A stretch of 54,507 bases of DNA, taken from NCBI GenBank assembly GCA_004298335.1, contig SCTG01000048.1, positions 1-54,507 on the forward strand, read 5' to 3'. This stretch comes from Nitrospirota bacterium (GTDB taxonomy: Bacteria > Nitrospirota > Nitrospiria > Nitrospirales > NS-4). The position numbers and the translations under genes are program-made. Positions 24,710-34,846 of the stretch are shown piece by piece (position 1 is the stretch's first letter; the number at the start of each line of letters is the position of its first letter). The notes under the pieces are model-generated. The model did no database searches, was not told the origin of the DNA, and worked only from the letters and a program-made list of their open reading frames with translations.

Positions 24710-25573
24710 ATGCCGAGCTTACAGGGCCTGCGGCGCAAGATCGGGTCCATCAAGAACACGCAGAAGATCACCAAGGCCATGAAGATGGTGGCCGCGGCGA
24801 AGCTCAAGCGCGCCCAGGACCGCATTCTGGCCTCGCGGCCGTACGCGAAGAAGATGGCGGTGGTGCTCGGCAGCCTGTCGAGCCGCGTCAACCGCCAGAG
24901 CCATCCGCTGCTGCGCAAGCCGTCCGGCAACCGGATCGAGCTGCTCGTGGTCACGTCCGACCGGGGGCTCTGCGGCGCGTTCAACACCAATATCCTGCGT
25001 CGGGCGGTCGAGTTCCTCCGCGAGAAGCAGGAGGCCGGCTGCACCGTCACGGTCAGCGTGATCGGGCGCAAGGGCCGGGACTTCTTCCGCCGCCGCCAGT
25101 GGACCCGCAGGCAGGAGTGGGTCGGGGTCTTCGACCGGCTCTCGTACGAGCATGCGCTGGACATCGGCGGCGACATCGTCCAGCAGTTCACGGGCGGGAC
25201 GTTCGACGAGCTCCACATCGTGTACAACGAGTTCAAGTCCGTCATCCAGCAGCGGGTCGTTGTCGAGAAGTTGTTGCCCATCGAGTCGCTCGACCAGGAA
25301 GCGGAGAAACTCGGCGGCGGCTACCTCTTCGAGCCGGCCGAGGAGGAATTGCTGAAAGCCCTGCTGCCGAAGCACATCGAGGTCCAGACGTTCCATGCCT
25401 TGATGGAGTCCTCGGCGGCCGAACTGGGCGCGCGGATGGCCGCGATGGACGGCGCGACGCGCAATGCGGGCGAACTGATCAAGAAGATGACGCTCTATTA
25501 CAACAAGACCCGCCAGTCGGCCATCACCAAGGAGTTGATGGACATCGTCGGCGGGGCCGAGGCATTGAGATAG
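24710..25573 (+). CDS. atpG: ATP synthase F1 gamma subunit
   Basis: KITKAMKMVAA, DRGLCG, RQSAITKEL. Confidence 0.97.
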   Translation: MPSLQGLRRKIGSIKNTQKITKAMKMVAAAKLKRAQDRILASRPYAKKMAVVLGSLSSRVNRQSHPLLRKPSGNRIELLVVTSDRGLCGAFNTNILRRAVEFLREKQEAGCTVTVSVIGRKGRDFFRRRQWTRRQEWVGVFDRLSYEHALDIGGDIVQQFTGGTFDELHIVYNEFKSVIQQRVVVEKLLPIESLDQEAEKLGGGYLFEPAEEELLKALLPKHIEVQTFHALMESSAAELGARMAAMDGATRNAGELIKKMTLYYNKTRQSAITKELMDIVGGAEALR

Positions 25574-25581
25574 CGGATTAA

Positions 25582-27017
<1,436 letters not shown>

Positions 27018-27018
<1 letters not shown>

Positions 27019-27434
27019 TGGCCAAAATTCTTCTCGAAATCGTCACGCCCGACAAGCTCCTTCTCAGCAAGGAGGTGGACGAGGTCACCTGCCCTGGCAC
27101 CGAGGGAGAGTTCGGCGTCCTGCCGGGGCACTGCCAGTTTCTCTCCACCCTGCACGTCGGCGAGCTCAAGTACCGCGTAGGGGACGCGCATAGCTACATG
27201 ACGATCATGTGGGGGTATGTGGACGTCACGCCGACGCGCGTGACGGTCCTGGCGGAGGTCGCCGAGCATGCCGAGGATATCGACGTCGAGCGCGCCCAGG
27301 CCAAGGTGGTGGAAGCCGAGGCCAAGGTCGCGGCGGGCGGCTCGCGCGAACAGATCGAGGCCGCCCTCACGAGCCTGGAGAAGGCCCGTCTGCGCAAGAA
27401 AGTCGCCGAGCGCGCGAAGAGCCGGGCGCATTAG
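27018..27434 (+). CDS. atpC: ATP synthase F1 epsilon subunit
   Basis: LEIVTP, GEFGVLPGH, DIDVERA. Confidence 0.95.
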
Positions 27435-27478
27435 CCCGGCTCTCCTCGCCGCATTTTCTCAATCAGAGCGGTTGTACT

Positions 27479-27946
27479 TCAGGCAGGGAGCGCGCAGGCG
27501 CCGACCGGCGCATGCAGGGCCGCGACCAGCTTCCCGTACCGCTCCTCAGCCCAGGCGTTGAACGCGTCCGCGTGCGGAAACACCAGGTCCCACGTGCGGA
27601 CCGAGTCCAGCAGGAGAAGCTGCTGCGGGCCGTCGTTCGCCGGGGCGTACACCGCCAGCACCGTGCTCGGGCCGATCAGGCTGACATCGGTGAAGATGCG
27701 GGTCGAATCGCCTTCGGCAAGGCCCGCCTCGCGGGTTGCGGCTTCCAGAAGCGGACCGTAGAGGCGTTGTAGAAATTGAGCGATGGCCTCGTGCGGCACC
27801 TTGGCTTCGTGCAGGCGACGGTTTGGCGAGTCTCCGAAAAGATTTTGCGTCAGGTACTCGACCGCGTCGCCGGCGGGGAGCGCGTTGTCATTCACCAGCG
27901 AATCCGTCAAATACGAAATCCAGTTGCGGGCATACGGCGTCGGCAT
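27479..27946 (-). CDS. Hypothetical protein
   Basis: GGAGG before ATG at 27946; own promoter upstream. Confidence 0.75.
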   Translation of the reverse strand: MPTPYARNWISYLTDSLVNDNALPAGDAVEYLTQNLFGDSPNRRLHEAKVPHEAIAQFLQRLYGPLLEAATREAGLAEGDSTRIFTDVSLIGPSTVLAVYAPANDGPQQLLLLDSVRTWDLVFPHADAFNAWAEERYGKLVAALHAPVGACALPA

Positions 27947-28083
27947 AGGTCCTCCATCGTTCGACAGACACGCACCGGGCGTGCGGATGGCTCCGGTGGG
28001 ACTGCATTGTTGCTGGATCAAACTGACCGGTATTACAGACCTGGCAGGAAAACCCTGAGGACTAACCGGCGCAAGCAGGGATG

Positions 28084-28112
28084 ACTATACGACACGCACG
28101 GTATTCTGTCAA
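28084..28112 (-). promoter_or_regulatory. Putative sigma70 promoter
   Basis: Minus strand TTGACA-17 bp-TATAGT. Confidence 0.75.
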
Positions 28113-28129
28113 ATAAGGACAGGCCGGTC

Positions 28130-28351
28130 GCGGGGATGCCTCTTCGCTCCCTGCGCGCGCGCCACGAATAAACAGATGCCGCTCGCTTATGGGCGCTGTA
28201 GAGGCATCCCCCACTTCGGCCGTTCGGATTTCTGGCGGGTGGCGCCGGGTTGTCCGGACCGGCGCAGGACTTGAGGCCGGAGCGCAGCTCTGCGGGGCCG
28301 CGCCAGCGCAGGCCGGTCCGAGACGGCCGGACGCCCGGTGACAGGACCCGC
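28130..28351. repeat. Composite hairpin repeat: module A (28130-28214) plus module B (28235-28351)
   Basis: Closely similar to 52665-52884 except in the spacer and the apical part of B. Confidence 0.9.
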
Positions 28352-28365
28352 TCTTTAAAGGAAGA

Positions 28366-29007
28366 TTACGCGCTGTGTCCGTTGCCGTTGGACTTCTCGT
28401 TGACGCACTTCACAAGGTGCCAGAGACGGAGGGGATTCACCTTCTGTTTGTGGAGCACGGTAAGATGGGTGCCGTCCAGGACGGTCGCCAGGGAGAGGTC
28501 GGTGCGCCAGCCCAGGTGCTTGCAGAAGGGCGAGAGCACCTTCTCGAGCGCATTGATGACCGGGTTGCCGTTGCTGAAGTGGTTCAGCAGGATGATGCGC
28601 CCGCCCGGCTTGCAGACCCGGATCATCTCCAGCATCACCTTGCGGTAGTCCGGCACTGCCGTCACGACGTAGGCGGCCATGACGGCGTCGAAACTGTCGT
28701 CCGCGAACTCCATCGCTGAGGCGTCCATTTTCATCAGGCTGACGTGCTCGAGCCTGAGCTCCCGGACGCGTTCCCGACACTTGGCCAGCATGCCCTCCGA
28801 GAGATCGACGCCGACCACCTCGCAGGACCGGGGATAGCAGGGGAGGGCCAGCCCAGTGCCCACGCCCACTTCCAGGATGCGCTCGCCCGGAGACAGGCTC
28901 AGCAGGCGGACCGCGTGCTCGCGTCCGTCGTGGAAAATCTTGCCGAAGATGTGATCGTAGACTCTGGCGTAGTTGGTATAGACCCGCTCGACTGTGGCCG
29001 TGTCCAT
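28366..29007 (-). CDS. Class I SAM methyltransferase, PmtA-like phospholipid N-methyltransferase
   Basis: Y...A.VYD..FG, ILEVGVGTG, GVDLS, RVCKPGG.I..LNHF. Confidence 0.8.
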   Translation of the reverse strand: MDTATVERVYTNYARVYDHIFGKIFHDGREHAVRLLSLSPGERILEVGVGTGLALPCYPRSCEVVGVDLSEGMLAKCRERVRELRLEHVSLMKMDASAMEFADDSFDAVMAAYVVTAVPDYRKVMLEMIRVCKPGGRIILLNHFSNGNPVINALEKVLSPFCKHLGWRTDLSLATVLDGTHLTVLHKQKVNPLRLWHLVKCVNEKSNGNGHSA

Positions 29008-29111
29008 AACGCCTCGTCGCTCACCCAGCGAATCGACCGGTCTGATCTCTACTGGCCGACGGACCCCTGTGGCTGGGACGCGCGGCTCGTCGAAGGGGCA
29101 AAGCGGCCCCC

Positions 29112-29140
29112 AATCTAGCCAAACGAGGTAAACTTGTCAA
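29112..29140 (-). promoter_or_regulatory. Putative sigma70 promoter of the methyltransferase gene
   Basis: Minus strand TTGACA-17 bp-TAGATT. Confidence 0.65.
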
Positions 29141-29179
29141 GGTTTAAACGAGGGCTAATTGCTTGATTTCACTAAACAC

Positions 29180-30127
29180 TCAGCCAAGGTGGACGGCGTC
29201 GAATCCCAGGAGACGCAGGTGTTTGGCGAACTCGGGAAAACCATGGACGGTATACACCTTCGTCGGCCGGGCCTGGCGGACCAGCGCAAGGAGCTCCTGA
29301 AAGTCGGCGTGGTCGGAAAGGGGGATGGCCTCGTCCACCCGGTAGCGGAAACGACAGTTCCGGTCCATCGCCCAGCCGGTCAGCATGGCTGTGCGACAGG
29401 GCCCCAGGTCCTCGATGACCTGGGAGCGTTTGAGATGGGGCGGCAGGATGACGACCTTGCCGGCCGCGCCGTCGGCGTCCAGGCCAGGGTCCAGGAGTTC
29501 GTAGCGGCCGAACCGAACCCCGAATTCCTCGTAGATCCTGGCGATGTGGAAGATCGGCTCGGCCACGACGCAGGTATAGCCGCGGTCCCCGAGGAGCTTC
29601 AAGGCTTCCTGGCTCTTGCCCAGGGCGTAGGCCAGCAGGACCGGCGTCCGCCCCTCGTCCCAGGCCCCTTCGATGAAGCGGCAGAGCCGGCGCGCCACCT
29701 CGGCCGGCTCCGGGAACACGTAGTGCGGGCGGCCGAAGGTGCATTCCATCACGAGGACGTCGCAGGGCGCCACGGCGATCGTTTCGGCCGTGAGGCTCTC
29801 GCGCATCCGGCAGTCGCCGGTGTACACGATGCGCCGCCCCTCGTGCTCGATGAGAATCTGGGACGAGCCGAGGATGTGGCCGGCCGGCAGGAGCCGGCAC
29901 GTGGCGCCGTCCACGCGGAACGGGTCGTGGTACGCGTACGTTTCGGTCACCGTTTTGCCGAGGCGGTGTTCGTAGAGCCGGGCGGTCTGCGGGGAGGCGA
30001 TGATCCGGCGATGGCGGATGGCGTGGTCGCTGTGCGCGTGCGACACGAAGCATCGGTCGCGGGAGCGGGTGGCGTCCAGCCAGAGCGACGTGCCTTCGAC
30101 TCTCAACCCGCCGTCGTGCTCGATCAC
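29180..30127 (-). CDS. MBL-fold/beta-CASP nuclease (ligase-associated exonuclease-like)
   Basis: SHAHSDH, AGHILGS, YTGD, ECTFG, YALGKSQE, SDHAD, VHGF. Confidence 0.85.
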   Translation of the reverse strand: MIEHDGGLRVEGTSLWLDATRSRDRCFVSHAHSDHAIRHRRIIASPQTARLYEHRLGKTVTETYAYHDPFRVDGATCRLLPAGHILGSSQILIEHEGRRIVYTGDCRMRESLTAETIAVAPCDVLVMECTFGRPHYVFPEPAEVARRLCRFIEGAWDEGRTPVLLAYALGKSQEALKLLGDRGYTCVVAEPIFHIARIYEEFGVRFGRYELLDPGLDADGAAGKVVILPPHLKRSQVIEDLGPCRTAMLTGWAMDRNCRFRYRVDEAIPLSDHADFQELLALVRQARPTKVYTVHGFPEFAKHLRLLGFDAVHLG

Positions 30128-30186
30128 GGCTTGAGTTCTACACCGGCGCCCTGATCGATGCAAGAGCTTTATGGTACCCTCTTCCC

Positions 30187-30771
30187 ATGCATGCGGCGGT
30201 GCTCCTCGGCGCAGTCATCGTCCTGGGCTTGATCGTGGCGGACTGGAGGGCGTTCAGCCGGACGGCGCCCGCGGTCGTCACGTACGGCGTGGCCGTCGAG
30301 CGCCGGCAGGAGCCGCTCGCCGTGAGGCGGGGGCTGTTCGACGCCGACGGCCTGCTGAAGCTGCCGCGCGGCCGGGCGCGGCTCTTCCCCGAGCAACGGG
30401 CCATACTGTTGGAGCCCGACCTCAAGCAGTTCGGCGTCGCGCTCCGGACGGCCTGGCCGCTGAACGGATTCGTCCACTACGCGGAGGGGGAGGAATCGGC
30501 GCCGGCGACGCTCACCAAGCGGATGCCGTGGTCGTCGGTGCTGCTGACCGCGCTCTGGTTCCTGACGGTCGCGGGTGGGACGCTGGTCTATGTGGTGTCG
30601 TATGCCATGGCCGGCGGCCTGTCCTCGGCCGGCGGCGCGTTCCTGGCCGTCGCGCTGAGCGGGCTGGGCCTGCTGGTCTGCCTGTTCGGCCTGCTGATCG
30701 TGGTCGTCGCGTACCGGCTGGAGAACAAGCGGCTGATGGCGCTGTACGAGGAATTCAAGGCGGCGCTTTGA
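30187..30771 (+). CDS. Hypothetical membrane protein
   Basis: About three hydrophobic segments; host-like codon usage. Confidence 0.75.
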   Translation: MHAAVLLGAVIVLGLIVADWRAFSRTAPAVVTYGVAVERRQEPLAVRRGLFDADGLLKLPRGRARLFPEQRAILLEPDLKQFGVALRTAWPLNGFVHYAEGEESAPATLTKRMPWSSVLLTALWFLTVAGGTLVYVVSYAMAGGLSSAGGAFLAVALSGLGLLVCLFGLLIVVVAYRLENKRLMALYEEFKAAL

Positions 30772-31105
30772 ACGCCTCCGCGAAGGGCCGGCATTCTGGC
30801 ACCAGCAGCTCGGGGCGGTCGGCCAGCAGCTTGGTGATGATGCCGCGGCTTTTCTTCGCCAGGCCGGACTCGATGAAGACCTGCGCGAAGAGCGCGTTGC
30901 GCGGCGCCGGGTCGGCGGCTGCGGCGCGCAGGTCCTGTTCCGGCAGAGTCTTGAGCGTCTCGCGCAGGGCGAGCATCGCCTTCTCCACGCTGTGGTACGG
31001 CGGCGTGATCTGGAGGGAACGATAGAAGACCGTCACGCGGTGCCGGAAATCGGCCTCCAGCCGGCTGCGGAGTTCGCTGGCGGAAGCGGCAGGGAGACTC
31101 GTCAT
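30755..31105 (-). CDS. Hypothetical protein
   Basis: Host-like codon usage; -10 box TACAAT just upstream. Confidence 0.7.
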   Translation of the reverse strand: MTSLPAASASELRSRLEADFRHRVTVFYRSLQITPPYHSVEKAMLALRETLKTLPEQDLRAAAADPAPRNALFAQVFIESGLAKKSRGIITKLLADRPELLVPECRPFAEAFKAPP

Positions 31106-31153
31106 GGCAGGCGCATTGTACCAGACTCGCGTGATCTGTTAAGGTTTCGCTCC

Positions 31154-32407
31154 GTGTGGACCCGGCGCCGATTCATCCAGGCTGCGCTGGCCTCCGGCCT
31201 GGGGGCGTGCGTGCCCGTCCTGGGGGGCTGCTCCCGGGAGCCGTCGGTCGGCGCGATCCGCGACGCGCTCGCCGCCTTGCGGAGCCAGCAGGTCAGGCCG
31301 CCGTCCGTTGCCGGGTACGTGGAGTTCCGCGGCGTCGTCCATGCTCACAGCAACCTGTCGCACGACAGCACCGGCACGCCGCAGGAGGTCCTTGAGGCCG
31401 CCCGCCTGAACAGGCTGGACTTTCTCGTCGTCACCGACCACTACACGCCCCGCATTTTCACCGAGGGCCTCGAGGGCCGCCAGGGCGCGGTCCTGGTCGT
31501 GCGCGGGGTCGAGATCGCGCTCGGTTGCACGCGCGGCGGCGCGCTCACGCGGCGCTGCGCCAGCGTCCTGGCGGTCGGCCTCCGGGAGCCGCTCGTGCCG
31601 GGCGCGAACGAGCAGTGGGACTGGGACGCGCTGTTCCAGAGCATCCAGCGGCAGGGCGCGCTCTCCATCATCGCGCATCCGCGCGGCATGATGAACTCCA
31701 GCTATTTCCGGTACGCCGACGGCATGGAGATCTACGACATCGCGGACACCGTGCGGGACCGCCTGGTGGACGTCCCGCGCTTCCTCCTCGACTTCGCGGT
31801 CGATTACGCGGACTCCCGGGACGAAATCGTCCTCCCGCTCATCGTGGAACGGTCGGGCTGGAACCTCGCCGAATGGGACCGGTTCACGAAGACCCGCCGG
31901 TTCATCGGCCTGGCGGGGAACGACGCGCACCAGAATCTGCGGGCCTTCGGGCGGTATGCCGATCCGTACGCCCTGTCCTTCAAGGCCGTGAACACCCACG
32001 TCCTGGCGGCGTCGGAGACCGCGGAGAGCCTCAAGGCCTTCGCGCCCGGACTGACGACGGAGAAGCTCGTGGCCGCGCTCCGCGCGGGCCGCGCGTTCGC
32101 CGCCTTCAACCTCCTGGCTGATGCGACGGGTTTCCGGTTCGCTGCGCACGCCGGCGACGGCGGCGCGGTCATTGCCGTGCTGGGCGACGAGGTCCCCATG
32201 CAGGCGGGGCTCACCCTGGTCGCGCAGAGTCCAGTGCCCGGGCTTTTCGAGCTGCTGCGCGACGGCGTGCCGATCCGGCGCCGGGAGGGGCGCGAGTTGC
32301 GGCATCGGGTGGACCGGACGGGCGTCTATCGGGTGGAGGTGTCCCTGAAAGTGGTGGACCGCTGGCGGCCCTGGATCTTTGCCAATCCCATCTATGTACG
32401 TGCTTAG
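31154..32407 (+). CDS. Tat-exported PHP-domain metallohydrolase (possible lipoprotein); start approximate
   Basis: TRRRFI signal and LGGC; HAHS..SHD, VTDH, IAHP, GNDAH, ANPI. Confidence 0.8.
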   Translation: MWTRRRFIQAALASGLGACVPVLGGCSREPSVGAIRDALAALRSQQVRPPSVAGYVEFRGVVHAHSNLSHDSTGTPQEVLEAARLNRLDFLVVTDHYTPRIFTEGLEGRQGAVLVVRGVEIALGCTRGGALTRRCASVLAVGLREPLVPGANEQWDWDALFQSIQRQGALSIIAHPRGMMNSSYFRYADGMEIYDIADTVRDRLVDVPRFLLDFAVDYADSRDEIVLPLIVERSGWNLAEWDRFTKTRRFIGLAGNDAHQNLRAFGRYADPYALSFKAVNTHVLAASETAESLKAFAPGLTTEKLVAALRAGRAFAAFNLLADATGFRFAAHAGDGGAVIAVLGDEVPMQAGLTLVAQSPVPGLFELLRDGVPIRRREGRELRHRVDRTGVYRVEVSLKVVDRWRPWIFANPIYVRA

Positions 32408-33432
32408 GCGGCGAACACTTTTTTCAGGATCGCGCAGGCCTGCTCGATCTGCCCGCGCGACACGTCGAGGTGCGTCACGGCGCGGAGCGTGGTCGGGCTG
32501 AAGGGCACCAGCAACAGGCCCTCGGCCTTGAGCGCCGCCAGCGCCTCGTCGGCCGTCCGGCGCGTCTCACCGATATCGAACACCACGATGTTGGTCTCTA
32601 CATGATCGGGGTTGATCCGCAGCCCCGGGAGGCCGGCCAGCGTCGCCGCGAGCGTCTTCGCGTGGACATGGTCCTCCGCCAGCCTGGCGATGTTGTGGTC
32701 CAGCGCATAGAGCCCCGCTGCCGCGAGGATGCCGGCCTGCCGCATCCCGCCCCCGAACATCTTCCGCAGACGCCGCAGCTTCGTGATGCGCTCCCTGTCG
32801 GCGCAGATCAGCGAGCCGACCGGCGCGCCCAGACCCTTCGACAGGCAGAACGACACCGTCTCGAAGTGCCGCGCGTACTCGGACGCCGGGATGCCGGTGG
32901 CGACGACCGCATTAAACAACCGCGCGCCGTCCAGGTGCATGGCGATCCCCCGCGGCTCGGCCGCCTTCCGGATCGCCTTGATCGGATCGAGGGGATAGAT
33001 CGTCCCGCCGCCGCGGTTGTGGGTGTTTTCGAGGCAGATCAGGGTCGTGGGGGGATTGTGATAGTCGGGCGGGCGGATGGCCGCTTCGATTTGTTCGACC
33101 GTTAAGATTCCGCGAGTCCCTTGGAGCCAGCAGGTCTGGACGCCGGAGAGGCCCGCCGCCGCGCCGCTCTCGTAGCGGACGACGTGCGCGCCGGCCTCGA
33201 CGATGATCTCGTCGCCCGGCCTCGTGTGCAGGCGGACCGCGAGCTGGTTCGCCATCGTGCCGGAGGGGACGAAGAGCGCGGCTTCCTTGCCGAGCAGGCG
33301 CGCGGCGGTCTCCTGCAGGCGGTTGACGGTCGGGTCCTCGCCGAACACGTCGTCGCCGACCTCGGCCGTCGCCATCGCCTCGCGCATCGCGGGCGAGGGC
33401 TTCGTCACCGTATCGCTGCGCAGATCGATCAT
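32404..33432 (-). CDS. ltaE: Low-specificity L-threonine aldolase
   Basis: [38 protein letters not shown]. Confidence 0.95.
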   Translation of the reverse strand: MIDLRSDTVTKPSPAMREAMATAEVGDDVFGEDPTVNRLQETAARLLGKEAALFVPSGTMANQLAVRLHTRPGDEIIVEAGAHVVRYESGAAAGLSGVQTCWLQGTRGILTVEQIEAAIRPPDYHNPPTTLICLENTHNRGGGTIYPLDPIKAIRKAAEPRGIAMHLDGARLFNAVVATGIPASEYARHFETVSFCLSKGLGAPVGSLICADRERITKLRRLRKMFGGGMRQAGILAAAGLYALDHNIARLAEDHVHAKTLAATLAGLPGLRINPDHVETNIVVFDIGETRRTADEALAALKAEGLLLVPFSPTTLRAVTHLDVSRGQIEQACAILKKVFAA

Positions 33433-33436
33433 CGCG

Positions 33437-34417
33437 TCAGACGTCGAGGGACATGCCCTCGCGGGCGAAGAACCAGTCGACCTCGTGCAGGCCCAGGTTC
33501 TCTTCCCGCGACGTCTTGACCTGGCGTTCGTAGTACTCCCGGGTGCGCGCCTCGGCCTGGGCGATCTTGTCGTCCGACGAGGCCGGCTCGTGGTGGATGA
33601 ACGCCACTTTTTTGATCCCCTCTTGCATGGCCAGATCGAGCCCGATGAGCGCCGCCGCGTGGCCCCAGTCCACTTTCTCCACGACCTCGACGATCGAGTA
33701 CTGGGCGTCGAAGACCATCAAGTCCACGCCCTGGTACATGGGCAGGTCCGGCCCCAGGTCCTCGCGGTTCGAACGCTTGCACTCCGTGTCGGCGCAATGG
33801 GAGAACACCTTGCCCTGGTGTTCGAGCCGATAGCCCCAGCAGGGGTCGGGATGGTCGAGCTGGTACGGCGTGACGGTGATTTCGCCCAGCCGCGTCGGCT
33901 GCCGCGGGGGCAGGCGATGGTAGACGAGCTTGGCGCCCAGCTGTTCCATCTGCACGGGGAAATTGGGCTTCCGGAAGATGGTTTTTAAAACATCCGGCAG
34001 GTCCGGTTCGACCGCGTACAGGTGGATCGTGTTGCCCGGAATGAAGATGGGCGTGAAGAAGGGGAGGCCGAGCACGTGGTCCCAATGGAAATGAGTGAAC
34101 AGGATGTGTACCTCGCCCTTGCCCTTGCCGCAGGGGCCCTTGAGCAGGTCGTAGCCCAGCGGGCGGATGCCGCTGCCGCCGTCGATGATGATCTGCTGGG
34201 CGCCGGTCGTGACTTCCAGGCACAGGGTGTTCCCCCCGTAGCCGCCAAGACGGTGCGGAGGCAGGCTTTCGAGAAATTTTTCGATCTCGGCCTTGCGGGA
34301 ATAGCCGATGTCGAAGAAGGCATGGAGCAGGTCACGAAACCGCGTGACAAGAGCCTCGGGCCCGGTCGGCGACGGCAGGGACCCCCGGACCCCCCAGAAT
34401 TTGACGTGCATGCCCAT
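33437..34417 (-). CDS. MBL-fold metallohydrolase (possible phosphodiesterase)
   Basis: FWGVRGS, YGGNT.C, THFHWDH, DAQY, WGH, HHEP. Confidence 0.85.
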   Translation of the reverse strand: MGMHVKFWGVRGSLPSPTGPEALVTRFRDLLHAFFDIGYSRKAEIEKFLESLPPHRLGGYGGNTLCLEVTTGAQQIIIDGGSGIRPLGYDLLKGPCGKGKGEVHILFTHFHWDHVLGLPFFTPIFIPGNTIHLYAVEPDLPDVLKTIFRKPNFPVQMEQLGAKLVYHRLPPRQPTRLGEITVTPYQLDHPDPCWGYRLEHQGKVFSHCADTECKRSNREDLGPDLPMYQGVDLMVFDAQYSIVEVVEKVDWGHAAALIGLDLAMQEGIKKVAFIHHEPASSDDKIAQAEARTREYYERQVKTSREENLGLHEVDWFFAREGMSLDV

Positions 34418-34441
34418 GGTCAGTTCAATCCCTCCGTTGCC

Positions 34442-34807
34442 TCAGCCGCGTGCATCCCAGGGGGCGTCCATGTTCGTGAGGCTCCGCAGGGCCAGGGCCT
34501 CGGACTCGTGGATCGGAAACATGGCGGTGAAGCCGGCGATGTCGAACACCTCCCGGATGTGCGGCTTGAGCGCGCAGAGGGCGATCACGCCCCCGGAGGC
34601 CTTCAGTTTCTTGGCGGCCATCAGCAACACCCGCAAGCCGGCGCTGCTGATGTAATCCAGTCGGGCGAAGTTGACCACCAACTGCTTCGCCCCGCCGGCG
34701 AGCAGGCCCAGCACCTTCTCCTCCATCTGGGGGGAAGTGCCGGAGTCCAGGCGCCCCACGAGTCCGAGCAACACGATCGCGCCTTGCTTATCCTCGATAA
34801 TGTCCAT
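34442..34807 (-). CDS. STAS-domain anti-anti-sigma factor
   Basis: GRLD, LDYISSAGLRVL (phospho-Ser motif), VFDIAGF. Confidence 0.92.
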   Translation of the reverse strand: MDIIEDKQGAIVLLGLVGRLDSGTSPQMEEKVLGLLAGGAKQLVVNFARLDYISSAGLRVLLMAAKKLKASGGVIALCALKPHIREVFDIAGFTAMFPIHESEALALRSLTNMDAPWDARG

Positions 34808-34846
34808 TGCGGCTCCTCACTGCTGTTAGGTTGCACAGGGTTGGTT

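Noticed and set aside
28130-28351. Repeats as a CRISPR array or simple terminators
   Set aside because: Dispersed rather than tandem, no repeat-spacer periodicity, no cas genes, and no consistent U tract
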